Assembly: GCF_963921235.1 (NCBI RefSeq)
Contig: NC_086097.1
Location: 179,058,001-179,122,000, forward strand
DNA: 64,000 nucleotides
Direction: 5' to 3'
Source: Mobula hypostoma
Lineage: Eukaryota
In this document: in pieces, positions 1 to 10,888 of the stretch
Position numbering within the stretch: the stretch's first letter is position 1
Layout: each line of letters begins with the position of its first letter
The notes under the pieces: generated by a model
Seen by the model: only the letters and a program-made list of their open reading frames with translations
Told to the model about the DNA's origin: nothing
Database searches by the model: none
Made by a program: the position numbers and the translations under genes

Positions 1-217
1 TCATTACAGCAAGATCCCAGCTGTGTCCAGTCATCTTTGAGCAGTGAGCACAGTTGTCTCCTCCCTGCAGTGTATACTGTAGCATGAACCTCTTCGTTAC
101 ATCAGCAACCTGGGCAGGGTCGAGATCTTGGGCTGACAGCAGGACACTTATGTTGTCCCCAATACTAAGGTCCACAAGTCTGGGTCACTGCAACTCCTTG
201 AGGGAGGCCACCAGTGT

Positions 218-1010
218 CAAGATCAAAGTTGAGTTCATTGTCATATGTTAATTATGTGTATGCACAAGTACAATAAAAAACTTACTTGCAGCAGCATTAC
301 TGGCTCATAGCATCAGATAAGCAGCATTCAGAAGAAAAACATATTAAACGTGAATTTGCACAATTTTACAAAAAATAGCACAATTAGAATTTTGAAAATC
401 TATTTTTGTCCAAAGTGGTCAAAATGATCATAGTGATGCTATACTGAGGTAGTGATTAAGGTTGTATCAGTTGGTTCAAGAACTGAATGGTTGAAGGAAA
501 GTAGCTGTTCTTGAACAACACACACAAATGCTGGGGGAACTCAGCAGGCCAGGCAGCATCTAGGCAAAGAGTACAGTCGACGTTTCGGGCTGAAACCCTT
601 CGGCAGGACTGGCCCAAAATGGTCCAAAACGTCTACTATATTCTTTTCAATAGATGCTGCCTGGCCTGCTGAGTTCCTCCAGCATTTTGTGTGTGTTGCT
701 GGGATTTCCAGCATGTGCAGATTTTGAAGCTGTTCTTGAGCCTAGTGATGTAGGACTTCAGGCTTCTGTACCTCCTGCCCAAAGGTAGTTGTGAAAATCT
801 GGCAAGGCCTAGACTATAGGAATCGTTGGTGATGGATGTTGTATTCATGGGCAGCACCTCCTGAAAATGGTATCAATGGTGGGGAAGGATGTGTCTGTGA
901 TGTATTCGGCTCAGTCCACTATTCTTAGCAGCTTCTCATGTTCTTGCAGATTCAAATCGTTGTACCAGACCATGATACAACCAGTCAGGATACTTCCAAC
1001 AGTATATCAT
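218..1010 (-). mobile_element. Rex1/Babar-like LINE, 3' portion, split by a PLE insertion
   Basis: Minus-strand peptide FSQLPLGRRYRSLKSYITRLKNSF (ORF 636..857) matches the LPSGRRYRS C-terminal motif typical of fish Rex1-like RTs. Reverse-complement 3' tail (caaagttgagttcattgtcat) near 220-245. Confidence 0.75.
515..727. mobile_element. Penelope-like terminal-repeat fold-back (inverted) insertion with 12-bp TSD
   Basis: Arm caacacacacaaatgctgggggaactcagcaggccaggcagcatcta and its reverse complement tagatgctgcctggcctgctgagttcctccagcattttgtgtgtgttg. Flanked by agctgttcttga at 503-514 and 728-739. Homologous to the 3' end of the PLE at 14660-16367. Confidence 0.85.
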
Positions 1011-1030
1011 CACTGCTAACCCACTGCAGG

Positions 1031-2014
1031 CACCCAAATGTTGGGATCACAAACTTTCACCTTTATATGTTAATCATCTGGATGGAGAAACTTATTGCTT
1101 TGTGACCAAGTTTGCAGAGAGTACAAAGATAAGTGGAGGGCTGGAAGTGTCACAGAGACAGGGAGCCTACAGAGGTATTGGACAGAGTGGGAGAGCGTCT
1201 AAAGAAGTGGCAGGTGGAATGAAGTGCAGGGAAGTGTGGGGTCATGCAATTTGTCTGGAAGAATGAATAAAGATATAGTGTATTTTCTAAATCGGGAGAA
1301 ATCAAAGGTGCAAAGGGACTCGGGGGAGCCTGTTCAGGTTCTCCTTAAAATTAAATTGCAGACTTAGTTGGTAGTAGGGAAGGCAAATGCAATGTGAGCA
1401 TTCATTATAACAGCACTAATATATAACTGCAAAGATGAACTGCTGAGGCCTTATAATGCGCTAGTCAGGCGGCATTTTGATATTTTAAGTAGTTTTGGGC
1501 TCTGTGTCGAAGGAATGATGTGTTGGCCCTGGAGAGAGTCCAGAGGAGGTTCACAAGACTGATCCGAAAATTAAAGGCTTAACGTATGAGAAGCATTTGA
1601 TGTCTCTGGCCTGTACCCAATACAGTTCAGAATGAGGGAGGAAATCTCATTGAAACCTCCCAGATACTGAAAGGCCTAGATAAAGTGGGGATGTAAAGGA
1701 TGTTTCCATTAATAGGAGACTTTTGATTCTAAGGCAACAGCCTCAGAATAAAGGGATATCCGTTTAAAACTGAGATGTGGATGAAATTCTTCAGCCAGAG
1801 GGTGGTGAATCTGTGGAATTCATTGCCACAGAGAGCTGTGGAAGCCAAGTCATTCAGTGTACTTAAGGTTCTGGACTGAAATGGGAGTTAAAGGTTACAT
1901 AGAGAAAGTGGGAGAATGGGGTTGAAAAGAAATCTACCATAATTAAAATGGCCATGAAGAATTAGTGGGATGAATGACCTGATTTTGCTCTTATAACTTG
2001 CAGTCTTATGGTCT
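1031..2014 (+). mobile_element. CR1-clade LINE, decayed 3' half of ORF2 and tail
   Basis: Remnants of KFADDTK (aagtttgcagagagtacaaag), LERVQRRFTR and RVVNLWNSLPQ (agggtggtgaatctgtggaattcattgccacag), plus a tcttatggtct tail. Many stops and frameshifts. Confidence 0.9.
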
Positions 2015-2076
2015 AATCTACTTACGCATTGGGCAAGTTGATCACCAACATTTAACCTTCTTTTCTGTCATTACAG

Positions 2077-2132
2077 AACCACGCAATGACACAGCACAGC
2101 AGTTAATGTCAAGACTTGGCATCGTGCTCTAG
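2077..2132 (+). CDS. Putative last coding exon of an unidentified host gene (longest frame xPRNDTAQQLMSRLGIVL*)
   Basis: Branch-like tttaac (2051-2056), pyrimidine tract and tacAG acceptor ending 2076. Non-repeat sequence with a stop in every frame within 56 nt, followed by ~550 nt of UTR-like sequence and two AATAAA. The phase cannot be fixed without the upstream exon. Confidence 0.5.
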
Positions 2133-2681
2133 GAAGAATGCATTACCGAGAGTGGACAACTTCCTTGTCCCTTTTACGAGGAAGCTTTCAAAGACGGACA
2201 TTTCTGGAGAGAACAGAAGGAAAATTGTATTATAATATAAAATAGCACTCACTTCATCAAAATATTGATTTTTTTTTCATGTTGTTTAAGCCAACATACA
2301 GATTCCCTGTGTGTTTGAGTGTGTGCGTGTGTGTGGGGATATGTACTATATATAGTATGTATAAAGTGTTACACATACATTATCTTACTGCCCCCCCTTT
2401 GCCAGTGAAAAGCTGGCTTCCCCAAGAAACATGAACTTTAACTGTGGCCCTTGCCACTGTGCCAGTAACATTGCCATTCTTGTGATAGATATAATGTATA
2501 ACAAGCATCAGCATCTCAGATGAGACACCACCAGGAAATTCTTGAGTTTAAACTTTCTTTGGCAGGATTCAATACGACCAAACTTTCAGTCAATTAAATG
2601 ATGCTTAACCATAACAGTTCTTCGTGTTTATTCTGCTGTCTGAACCTGGATTTTACTGGAATTACTGTGTTCATATTAAGA

Positions 2682-2703
2682 AATAAACCCGTGCATCAAT
2701 AAA
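2682..2703 (+). terminator. Tandem polyadenylation signals of the putative terminal exon
   Basis: AATAAA at 2682-2687 and 2698-2703 followed by T/GT-rich sequence. Not part of a recognisable TE tail. Confidence 0.45.
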
Positions 2704-2789
2704 TATTTTTTGCTTCCCTGTGAATTGTCTGCGTCAAGGGTGTTTGAGATCTTGGACTCGACTACCTCCCCTTTCCACCCGGTCTCCTC

Positions 2790-3010
2790 CAGTGGTGTAG
2801 TGGAATTGGCTGCTGCCTCGTAGCATTGAAGACCCAGGTTTGCTTCGATCTCTGGCACTGTCTGTGTGGAGTTCACAGGTTCTCTTTGTGACTGTGTGTG
2901 TGGGTGTGGGTCACCTCCACATAATCCTGAAGATATGCAGGTCATTGGGTAAGTTAGCTGCTGTAAATTGTCCCCTGTATGTGAGTGATGGGTGGAAGCT
3001 GGGGAGAATC
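2790..3010 (+). mobile_element. tRNA-derived V-SINE (HE1-like)
   Basis: A-box-like gtggtgtagtgg and B-box-like region, then V-domain-like ctgtctgtgtggagttcacaggttctc...taaattgtcccctgtatgtg. Confidence 0.75.
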
Positions 3011-3109
3011 AGCAACAGTTTCATTATCACTGACGTGTGGCATGGAACGTGTTGTTTTGTAGCAGCAGTACAAATCTCCAAGCACAACAGGGTTCCACAG
3101 AAATTCTTC

Positions 3110-3232
3110 AGCAACACACACAAAATGTTGGAGGAACTCAGCAGGCCAGGCAGCATCTATGGACAGTCAAAGTTTCAGGCTAAGATACTTCATCAGGATT
3201 GAAAAGAAAATGGGCAGAAGCCAGAATAAGAA
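3110..3232 (-). mobile_element. Penelope-like terminal repeat fragment with decayed hammerhead core
   Basis: gcaacacacacaaaatgttggaggaactcagcaggccaggcagcatcta. The reverse complement of 3164-3201 retains ctgatga...gaaac. Confidence 0.8.
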
Positions 3233-3419
3233 GTTGCAGGTTGTGCAAATCAAAAACAGCAGAGGTTTTTGAAGAACACCACTTGTCACAAACCTCCAGT
3301 CAGATAAAAACCCCTCCAACACTATCCTCTGTCTTCTATCACCAAGGCAGTTTCAAGTCTAATCCGCCAACTCACTGTGAATTCCATGTGACTCAATCTT
3401 CTGCATCAGCCTTCATCAA

Positions 3420-3565
3420 AGGACCTTGTCAAATACTTAACTGAAGTCCATAAAGATAACATACATTACCCTACCTTCATCAATCATCCTCAGCACCTCC
3501 GCAAAAATCTCAGACAGGTTTGTAAGACGGGTCTCCCCCACACAAGGCTGTGTTGACTGTCCCTA
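3420..3565 (-). mobile_element. CR1 RT fragment
   Basis: Reverse complement encodes a decayed QHGF...LTNL.EFFEEV...[10 protein letters not shown] region. Confidence 0.75.
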
Positions 3566-4017
3566 AAAAGTCTACGACATAAATTCACACTTTCCTACAC
3601 TAAAACTGCCTTTGCCAAGTCTTCACCCACCCAACCATTCAGATGCAAAGTCCAATATGCCTTCCCACCTATTTTGGAGTTACTGGAAAACTTGGCTATT
3701 TCGCACTCGGTCACTGGACTGGACTTTGGATATCAGTGAAAGCTACTTTACATTGTGATCATGGCTACATTAAGCATGACTTTAATAAACAAGATATTGC
3801 ACATTTCCTTTTGTCTTGCTCAAAAACAGAACTTGTATTAACCTGGTAAACCCTTCTAGAGATCTCCATAAGAGAATAAATATTCTGAATATTGAGAAGA
3901 AAGGAAATATTAACTTGGGCAACAGAGGCTGCCACAAAATGGGAGAAGCGGGGCTGGGAGAGGAACCCAGAAGGTCGAGCAAAGAAACAGGACTTTCACA
4001 CAAAGTTGTGCTGAAGT

Positions 4018-4276
4018 AATGTGGAGCTCACTCCCACAGGGAGGGGTGGGAATGTGGAGCTCACTCACACAGGGAGAGGTGGGAATCTGGGGCTCACTCC
4101 CATGGGGAGAGGTGGGAATGTGGAGCTCACTCACACATGGAGAGGTGGGAATCTAGGGCTCACTCCCACGGGGAGAGGTGGGAATCTGGGGCTCACTCCC
4201 ATGGGGAGAGGTGGGAACGTGGAGCTCACACCCACAGGGAGAGGTGGGAATGTGGAGCTCAGTCCCACGGGGAGAG
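4018..4276 (+). repeat. 33-bp minisatellite, ~8 units
   Basis: Unit gtggagctcactcccacagggagaggtgggaat, giving the 11-aa periodicity in ORF 4021..4281. Confidence 0.95.
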
Positions 4277-4705
4277 CTTGAGATGAGTAGGAGAGAGGAG
4301 TTTAAGGCAAAACTGGATAAACCCACAAGAGATGAGGTTAGAGCATAGTTTTACATATACATACATTAGACCGAGTGGTATGTTCCCCATTTCTATATAT
4401 TTTAATCTGAGACAAATCTTAAACAAGTAACTTAATGCTTTATTATAAAGTTTTATTATTGAGAGTCATTTTGCAACAAATGGAGCCAGATACTTTACAT
4501 TTTGCACTGTGGTTTCACTGAGGATCTGTTGAACAATTCTTGGTGATGTGTGAGAATTGGATGGGACTGGTAGAAATTTATTATAAAAACCTAAGTTCAG
4601 TTGTGTTTTCCACAACTAAAATTATATTGGCATGGAGTTAACCCTTTACTGTAATATTTTATCACCAAGATAAATGCAATCACCTCAGTCCTCCAGGATG
4701 AAAAT

Positions 4706-5241
4706 GGACTGGATGTTAATCGCCGGGCCACAGTCTTCACCCCTCACCAGGGACTGGATGTTAATCGCCAGGCCGCAATCCTCACCAGGGAATGGGTGTT
4801 AATCGCCAGGCCGCAGTCCTCACCAGGGAATGGATGTTAATCGCCAGGCCGCAGTCCTCACCAGGGAATGGATGTTAATCGCCAGGCCGCAGTCCTCACC
4901 AGGGAATGGATGTTAATCGCCAGGCCGCAGTCCTCACCAGGGACTGGATGTTAATCGCCAGGCCGCAGTCCTCACCAGGGAATGGATGTTAATCGCCAGG
5001 CCGCAGTCCTCACCAGGGAATGGATGTTAATCGCCAGGCCGCAGTCCTCACCAGGGAATGGATGTTAATCGCCAGGCCGCAGTCCTCACCAGGGAATGGA
5101 TGTTAATCGCCAGGCCGCAGTCCTCACCAGGGAATGGATGTTAATCGCCAGGCCGCAGTCCTCACCAGGGAATGTATGTTAATCGCCAGGCCGCAGTCCT
5201 CACCAGGGAATGTATGTTAATCGCCAGGCCGCATTCCTCAC
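4706..5241 (+). repeat. 38-bp minisatellite, ~14 highly homogeneous units
   Basis: Unit ggatgttaatcgccaggccgcagtcctcaccagggaat repeated head to tail (aatcgcc at 4801, 4839 and onward). Confidence 0.97.
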
Positions 5242-5451
5242 TAGCACCCAGAGACTACATCAACCAAGGCAAAGCTTCATCAGTCTCCTCAGTATGTTGA
5301 ACTGGGAATGGGACAAAAACAGGGCTGAAACAGGCTTAGACAACCATCGCCCAATAGGAGGGCAAAGAAACTATTTGTTTGCTGATCAGCTGTGAGGGAT
5401 TCTTGTTGGGAGACCAATGTACAAGAATATGGAGAAAGGCAGTGATTATAA

Positions 5452-5965
5452 TTAGAACTAGTTTATTATTGTCACATACATGGAGATACTGTGAAAAGGT
5501 TTTGTTTGCGTGCCGTCCAGTGAGATCATTCCATACAGAAGTACATGGAGGGAGTAAAAAGGAAGCAGAATGCAGAATAGAGGGTTTACGGTTACAGAGA
5601 AAGTAAAATAAAAGGGTAGAGAAGCAAAGTGCAAGGGCCGGATTGGGAGATCAAGAGTTCATCATTTGGCTTGTTCCACAGGCTGATAGCAGCAGAGTAG
5701 AAACTGTTCTTGACTCTGATGGTACAGTATACGCGCTCAAGCTCTGGTGCCTTCTGAGAAGAGAGAATGACCAGGATGGGGGGTTCTTTGATTATGCTGG
5801 CTGCTTCCCTGGAGCAGAGGGAAGTGTAGATGGAGTCATGATGTTCTGGGCTGTGTCCACAGCTCTCTGCAGTTTCCTGTGGTTGTGAGCAGAGCAGTTG
5901 CTGTACCGAGCCACTATGCATCCAGATAGCGTGCTTTCTCCGGTGATATATTGAAGTTTGCTGTG
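5452..5965 (-). mobile_element. Rex1/Babar-like LINE 3' fragment
   Basis: Minus ORF 5592..6029 has SIYTSLC..EAASIIKEP..RVKNSFYSAAISLWN, the same C-terminal region as 21615..21986. Reverse-complement aataaa tail near 5461. Confidence 0.7.
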
Positions 5966-6444
5966 AAGCATCCAAATCAGAGTTTGGAAGCCAGTTCATG
6001 GTTATGAGGCAGGCCAACATTTTCTCCACGATCTACTGCACTGAAAGATACCCAACAAAGTACAATGACGTGGCCGTCTAGTGAGGTTACATCAGTAGAC
6101 TCCTCACTGGTGCTGAGGGCCTCTGGAGTGAGATGCAGCCTCTATATGGGCAAGCAGTGGACAGTTTTCTGTCAGGAGCGAGAGACCCTCACCCAGGGCA
6201 GGATTCAGTGCCTGGAACCCCTGTGCCCTTCCTCCCCTCATCCCTGCCCCCACTGCCTAAGCCCAGGGGGACCGAGAATCCCAAAGTCTGGAACATGCAT
6301 AGTGTCTGCTCACTGTGAAGTCAGCGGCAGGATCGAAGGAGGGAGAGCAAGATGGCAGTGGGGACAGGAAAGAGACAGGAGACAGAAGGGACTGCAGATG
6401 TTGGAATTTGGAGCAACATACAAAATACTGGAAGAACTCCAGAG

Positions 6445-6506
6445 AGAGAGGTGGGAGCGTGGAGCTCACTCCCACAGGGAGAGGTGGGAATGTGGAGCTC
6501 ACTTCC
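6445..6506 (+). repeat. Two units of the 33-bp minisatellite
   Basis: gagaggtgggagcgtggagctcactcccacagggagaggtgggaatgtggagctcacttcc, lying between two PLE terminal fragments. Confidence 0.85.
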
Positions 6507-6519
6507 ATGCAGAGAAGCA

Positions 6520-7690
6520 GCAAACACACACAATGCTGGAGGAACTGAGTAGGTCAAACAGCTTCTATAGAAATGAATAAATAGTTGAAAGCTTGAGCGA
6601 AGACTGTTCTTCCGGACTGGAAAGGAAGGGGGAAGATCCTAGATTAAAAAGATCGGGGGTGGGAAGGGAGGAGGATAGCTGGAAGGTGATAGGTGAGGCC
6701 TGGTGGGTTGGAAAGATAAAGGGCTGGCAAAGAAGGAATCTGATAGGAGAGGATAGTGGACTATAGGAAAAGGAGAAGGAGGAGGAGACCCGGGAGGAGT
6801 TGATAGGCAGGTGAGAAGAGGTAAGTGACTCGAGTGGGGAATAGAAGAAGAGGGAAGGGGAGGGAAAAAGTTTTCCTGAAAGAAGAAATCAATATTCATG
6901 CCATCAGGTTAGAGGCTACCCAAACAGAATATAAGGTGCTCCTTCTCACCTTGGCACAAGCAGAAAGCTATGGACCAACATGTCAGAATGAGGATGGGAA
7001 TGGGAATTAACATGTTTGTCCACCAGGAAGTTCCACTTTTGGCGGATGGAGTGAAGGTGCTTGACAAAGCAGTTCCCCAATTTATGACGGGATGCATCAG
7101 GAGCACCAGACACAATAAATCTGCAGGTGAAGTGTTGTCTCACCTGGAAGGACTGTTGGGACCATGAATAGAGGTGAGAGAGGAGGTGAATGGGCAGGTA
7201 TAGTACTTAGGCTGTTTGCAGGGATACGTGCCGGGAGGGAGATTGGTGGGGAGGAACAAATAGACAAATGAATCACAGAGGGAACGATCCCTGTGGAAAG
7301 CAGAGGGAGGGGGAGTGGTAAAGATATTTTTCTTGGTAGAATCTGTCTGGAGATGATGGAAGTTGCAGATGCGTTGGATGTGATGTTCATGGGTGGCAGG
7401 TAAGGACACAAGAAACTATCACTGTTAAGACGGTGGGAAGATGAGGTGAGTACGGATGTTCTGGAAATGGAGGAGATGTGGGTGAGGGCAGCATCAATGG
7501 TGCAGGAAGGAAAGCCCCATTCTCTGAAGAAGGTGGACACTTCTGATGCCCTGGAAAGGAAAGCTTCATCCTGCGAACAGATGTGGTAGAGGCGAAAAAA
7601 CTGAGAAAAGGGAATAGCATTTTTGCAGGAGACAGGGTGAGGAGAGGTATGGTAAAGATAACCATGGGAGTTGGTAGGATAGTAAAAGAA
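6520..7690 (-). mobile_element. Penelope-like element (Neptune type), decayed thumb/GIY-YIG region and 3' repeat
   Basis: Minus ORFs MSTFFREWGFPS.., LPPGTYPCKQPKYYTCP.., FVKHLHSIRQK..HSDMLVH and HLIFCLGSL align with the 15232..15975 protein. Purine-rich 3' region and terminal repeat at 6520-6620. Confidence 0.9.
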
Positions 7691-7699
7691 AGGAAGGTT

Positions 7700-9901
7700 T
7701 GAATTGCATAACTAGGGTTCTGGAAAGGGCTTTAAACTAAATAGCAGAGGGGTGGGTTCAACAGATTGGAGAAGTATGGATAAAGTAAAAGAGAAAAGTG
7801 TGAGTAAAGATAAAGTAAAAACTATAGTTAAAGAAGGGAAAATAAGGGTGGAGTGCAGAAAAGTCAAGTGCATAAGAGACAAAGATTACTAGATTTTAAA
7901 GACGCAATGAGTGTAATGGCACTTTATCTGAATACCCGTAGTATTCGTAACCTGTGAACTTGTGGCACAAATCAGTATAAAGGGGTATGATTTAGTGTCC
8001 ATTACAGAAACGTGGTTGCAGGGTGGAGAGGATTGGGAGTGAAATATCCAGGAATATCAGGTAATATGGAAGAATAGGCAGGAAGGTAAGTGAGGAGGAG
8101 TAGCACTCTTAATTAAAGATGAAATCAGGGTGATAGTGAGAGACAATATAAGATCTAAGGAGCAGAATGTTGAATCCATCTGGGTAGAGATTAGGAGTAG
8201 TAAAGGGAAAAAAAACACTGGTGGGAAAAACACTATATGGTAGGATGGTTGAGGAACGGTAGAAGACTTTCAAAAAGATTTTTCATGGTGTTCAACAAAG
8301 TATATTCCAGTTAAGAGCAAGGACAGTAAGGGTGGGGAGAGCCAGCCATGGATAATTAAGGAAATAAAGGAAGGCATCAAACTAAAAGCTCGTGCTTACA
8401 AAGTCACCAAGAGTAGTGGGAAATTGGAAGACTGGGAAAACTTTAAAAAGCAACAAAGTACCATTAAGCGAGCAATAAAGAAAGGGAAGATAGATTATAA
8501 AAATAAATTAGCACAAAATATAAAAATGGATAGTAAAAGTTTTTATAATTGTATAAAGCGGAAAAGAGTGGCTGAAGTGAATGTACGTTCCTCGGAGGGT
8601 GGAAAGGGGGAATTGATATTGGGTAATGAGGAAACGACTGAGGCTTTGAATGACTATTTTGTGTTGGTCTTCATGGTGGAGGACACGTCTAATGTGCCAA
8701 AGAGAGATGATAATGATGCGATGGGAGGTGGGGAGCTTGATACAATAGCTATCACTAAAGAGGTAGTGCTGAGCAAACTTATGGGCCGAAAGATAGACAA
8801 GTCCCCTGGTCCTGATGGAATGCATCCCAGAGTATGGCAGAGGTTATAGTCGAGGATTTGGTGATAATTTACAAAAATTCGCTGGAGTCTGGGCAGGTCC
8901 CAGCAGATTGGAAGAAGGTGAATGTTACGCCACTAGTCAAAAAAGGATGCAGGCAAAAGGCAGGTAACTATAGGCCAGTTAGTTTAACATCTGTAGTTGG
9001 GGAAAATGCTTGAAGCTATCATTAAAAAAGAATTAGCAAGGCATCTGGAAGGAAATGGATCAATCAGGCAGAACCAGCATGGATTCAGCAAAGGTAGGTC
9101 CTGTTTGACGAATTTACTGGAGTTCTTTGAGGAAATAACAAGCACAGTGGATAGAGAGGAGCAGTTGGATGTTATTTACTTGGATTTTCAGAAGACGTTC
9201 AATAAAGAGCCACATAAAAGACTTATCCATAAGATAAGGATGCATAGAGTTGGGGGTGATATATTAGCATGGATAGAGAATTGGTTAACCAATAGAAAGC
9301 AGAGAGTTGGGACACATGGGTGTTTCTCTGGTTGGCAATCAGTGGTGAGTGATATGCCACAGGGGTCAGTGCTGGGCCCGCAACTGTTCATGGTATACAT
9401 TAACGATCTGGAAGAGGGGACCGAATGTTATGTATCTAAGTTTGCTGATGACACTAAATTGAGCGGAAAAGCAGATTATGCAGAGGATACAGAGAGTCTA
9501 CAGAGAGATATAGACAAGTTAAGTGAGTGGGTCTGGCAGATGGAGTACAATGTTGGTAAATGCAAAGTCATCCACTTTGAAAGGAAAAATGAAAGATCAG
9601 ATTATTATTTAAATGGTAAAAAATTGCAGCTTGCTGCTGTGCAGAAGGACTTGGGAGTGCTTGTGCATGGATCGCAAAATGTTGGTTTGCAGGTGCAGCA
9701 GGCTATCAAGAAGGCAAAAGGAATGTTGGCCTTCATTGCTAGAGGGATTGAATTTAAGAGCAGGGAGGTTATGCTGCAACTGTACAGGGTACTGATGAGG
9801 CTGCACCTGGAGTACTGTGTGCAGTTCTGGTCTCTTTACCAGGCAAAGCAGGCTCGTCAGGCCAGATGGCCTATTCCTGCTCCTATTTCTTATGTTCTTA
9901 T
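7700..9901 (+). mobile_element. CR1-clade LINE (APE + RT) with internal deletions
   Basis: APE remnants (ITETWL), ORF 8424..8849 (KSPGPDGMHPRV) and ORF 8997..9974 ([24 protein letters not shown]). It jumps from HLEYCVQFWS directly to the tail ttcttatgttcttat. Confidence 0.95.
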
Positions 9902-10234
9902 AAAAGAGGCAGCAATGTGGGAGAAAGAAGTTAAATGGAGGCTGGATAAACACATAAGAGAGAGGGAGGTATGATGATGGGGAAGATGGGAGAAGCTCGT
10001 GTGGGGTAGAATCACTAACCCATTAAAGAGGCTGAATGATCTCTGTCTGTGATTTAAGAACCTTGTCACAATATCAAGACACATTTCCAAATACAATGAG
10101 GAGAAATGTCTTCACTCAGAAGGTGGTGAACTCTTGGAATTCTAGACACAAGAGACACCAGGTGGTATGAGGGCTGTAGAGGGTTATGGTGCTGAGAAAG
10201 ACATTTAGCCACGATTGCATCGACTGATGCAAGA

Positions 10235-10888
10235 GGTTGAAATCCATGTCCTGGAAGTAGCAACACACGTAGATAGGGAGGTGAAGAAGGTATATGGCAT
10301 GCTTACCTTCATCAGTTGGGCATTGGATATGAGAGTGAGGAGGTCAGTTTGCAGCTGTATAAACCTTTGGTCAGGCTGCACTTGGAGTATTACATACACT
10401 TATGGTTATCTCCATATGCTTCCATATACAGGAAGCATATGGAGGCTTTAGAGAGGTCGCAGATGGACCTGGGTACTGCCTGGATGGAGAATATTAGCCA
10501 TAAGGAGAGTTTGGACAAAGTTCAGTTGTTTTCTCTGGTGTGTGGATGCTGAGAGGAGACATAATAGAAATTCATAAAATTATGAGATGCACAAATATGG
10601 TAGATGGTCATAATCTTTTTCCCAGGGTAGAAATTTCAGAGGGTATAGCTTTAGGGTGAAAGGGGGGACATTTAAACCTGTGCAGGACAGGTTTTCTCAC
10701 ACCGAAAGGGGTGGAATCAGAAACAACGGTGATGCTTAAGAGGCTTTTTGGTAGGCACATGAATAGAAAGGGAATGGAGGGTATGGATCACGTCCAGGCA
10801 AATAGGTTTAGCTTAATACAGCATTGTGTTCAGCACAGAACTAGCAGGCCGAAGGGCCTGTTCCTGTGCTGTACTGTTGTATGTTCTG
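10235..10888 (+). mobile_element. CR1 3' fragment
   Basis: LQLYKPLVRLHLEYY peptide and the 3' end ggccgaagggcctgttcctgtgctgtactgttgtatgttct. Confidence 0.85.

Noticed and set aside
54..251. Host exon after the acceptor-like ctccctgcAG at 70
   Set aside because: No convincing donor, no recognisable peptide, and the ORF runs into a LINE tail.
2790..2860. tRNA gene
   Set aside because: Only degenerate A/B boxes running into a SINE body, with no cloverleaf. The same applies at ~49380-49425 and ~60430-60490.
4021..4281. RGG-repeat protein (ELTPTGRGGN)n
   Set aside because: The ORF is simply a stop-free 33-bp minisatellite, open on both strands, with no splice or expression evidence.
4706..5241. 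CRISPR array
   Set aside because: The 38-bp units are contiguous with no unique spacers, there are no cas genes, and the context is vertebrate.
6065..6580. 171-aa ORF as a host gene
   Set aside because: It spans unique sequence, a PLE fragment and minisatellite units, with no coherent domain.
8997..9974. Bacterial-type RT system (retron, DGR, group II intron)
   Set aside because: RT motifs are CR1-type (FADD) with an upstream APE and a LINE tail. There is no prokaryotic gene context.
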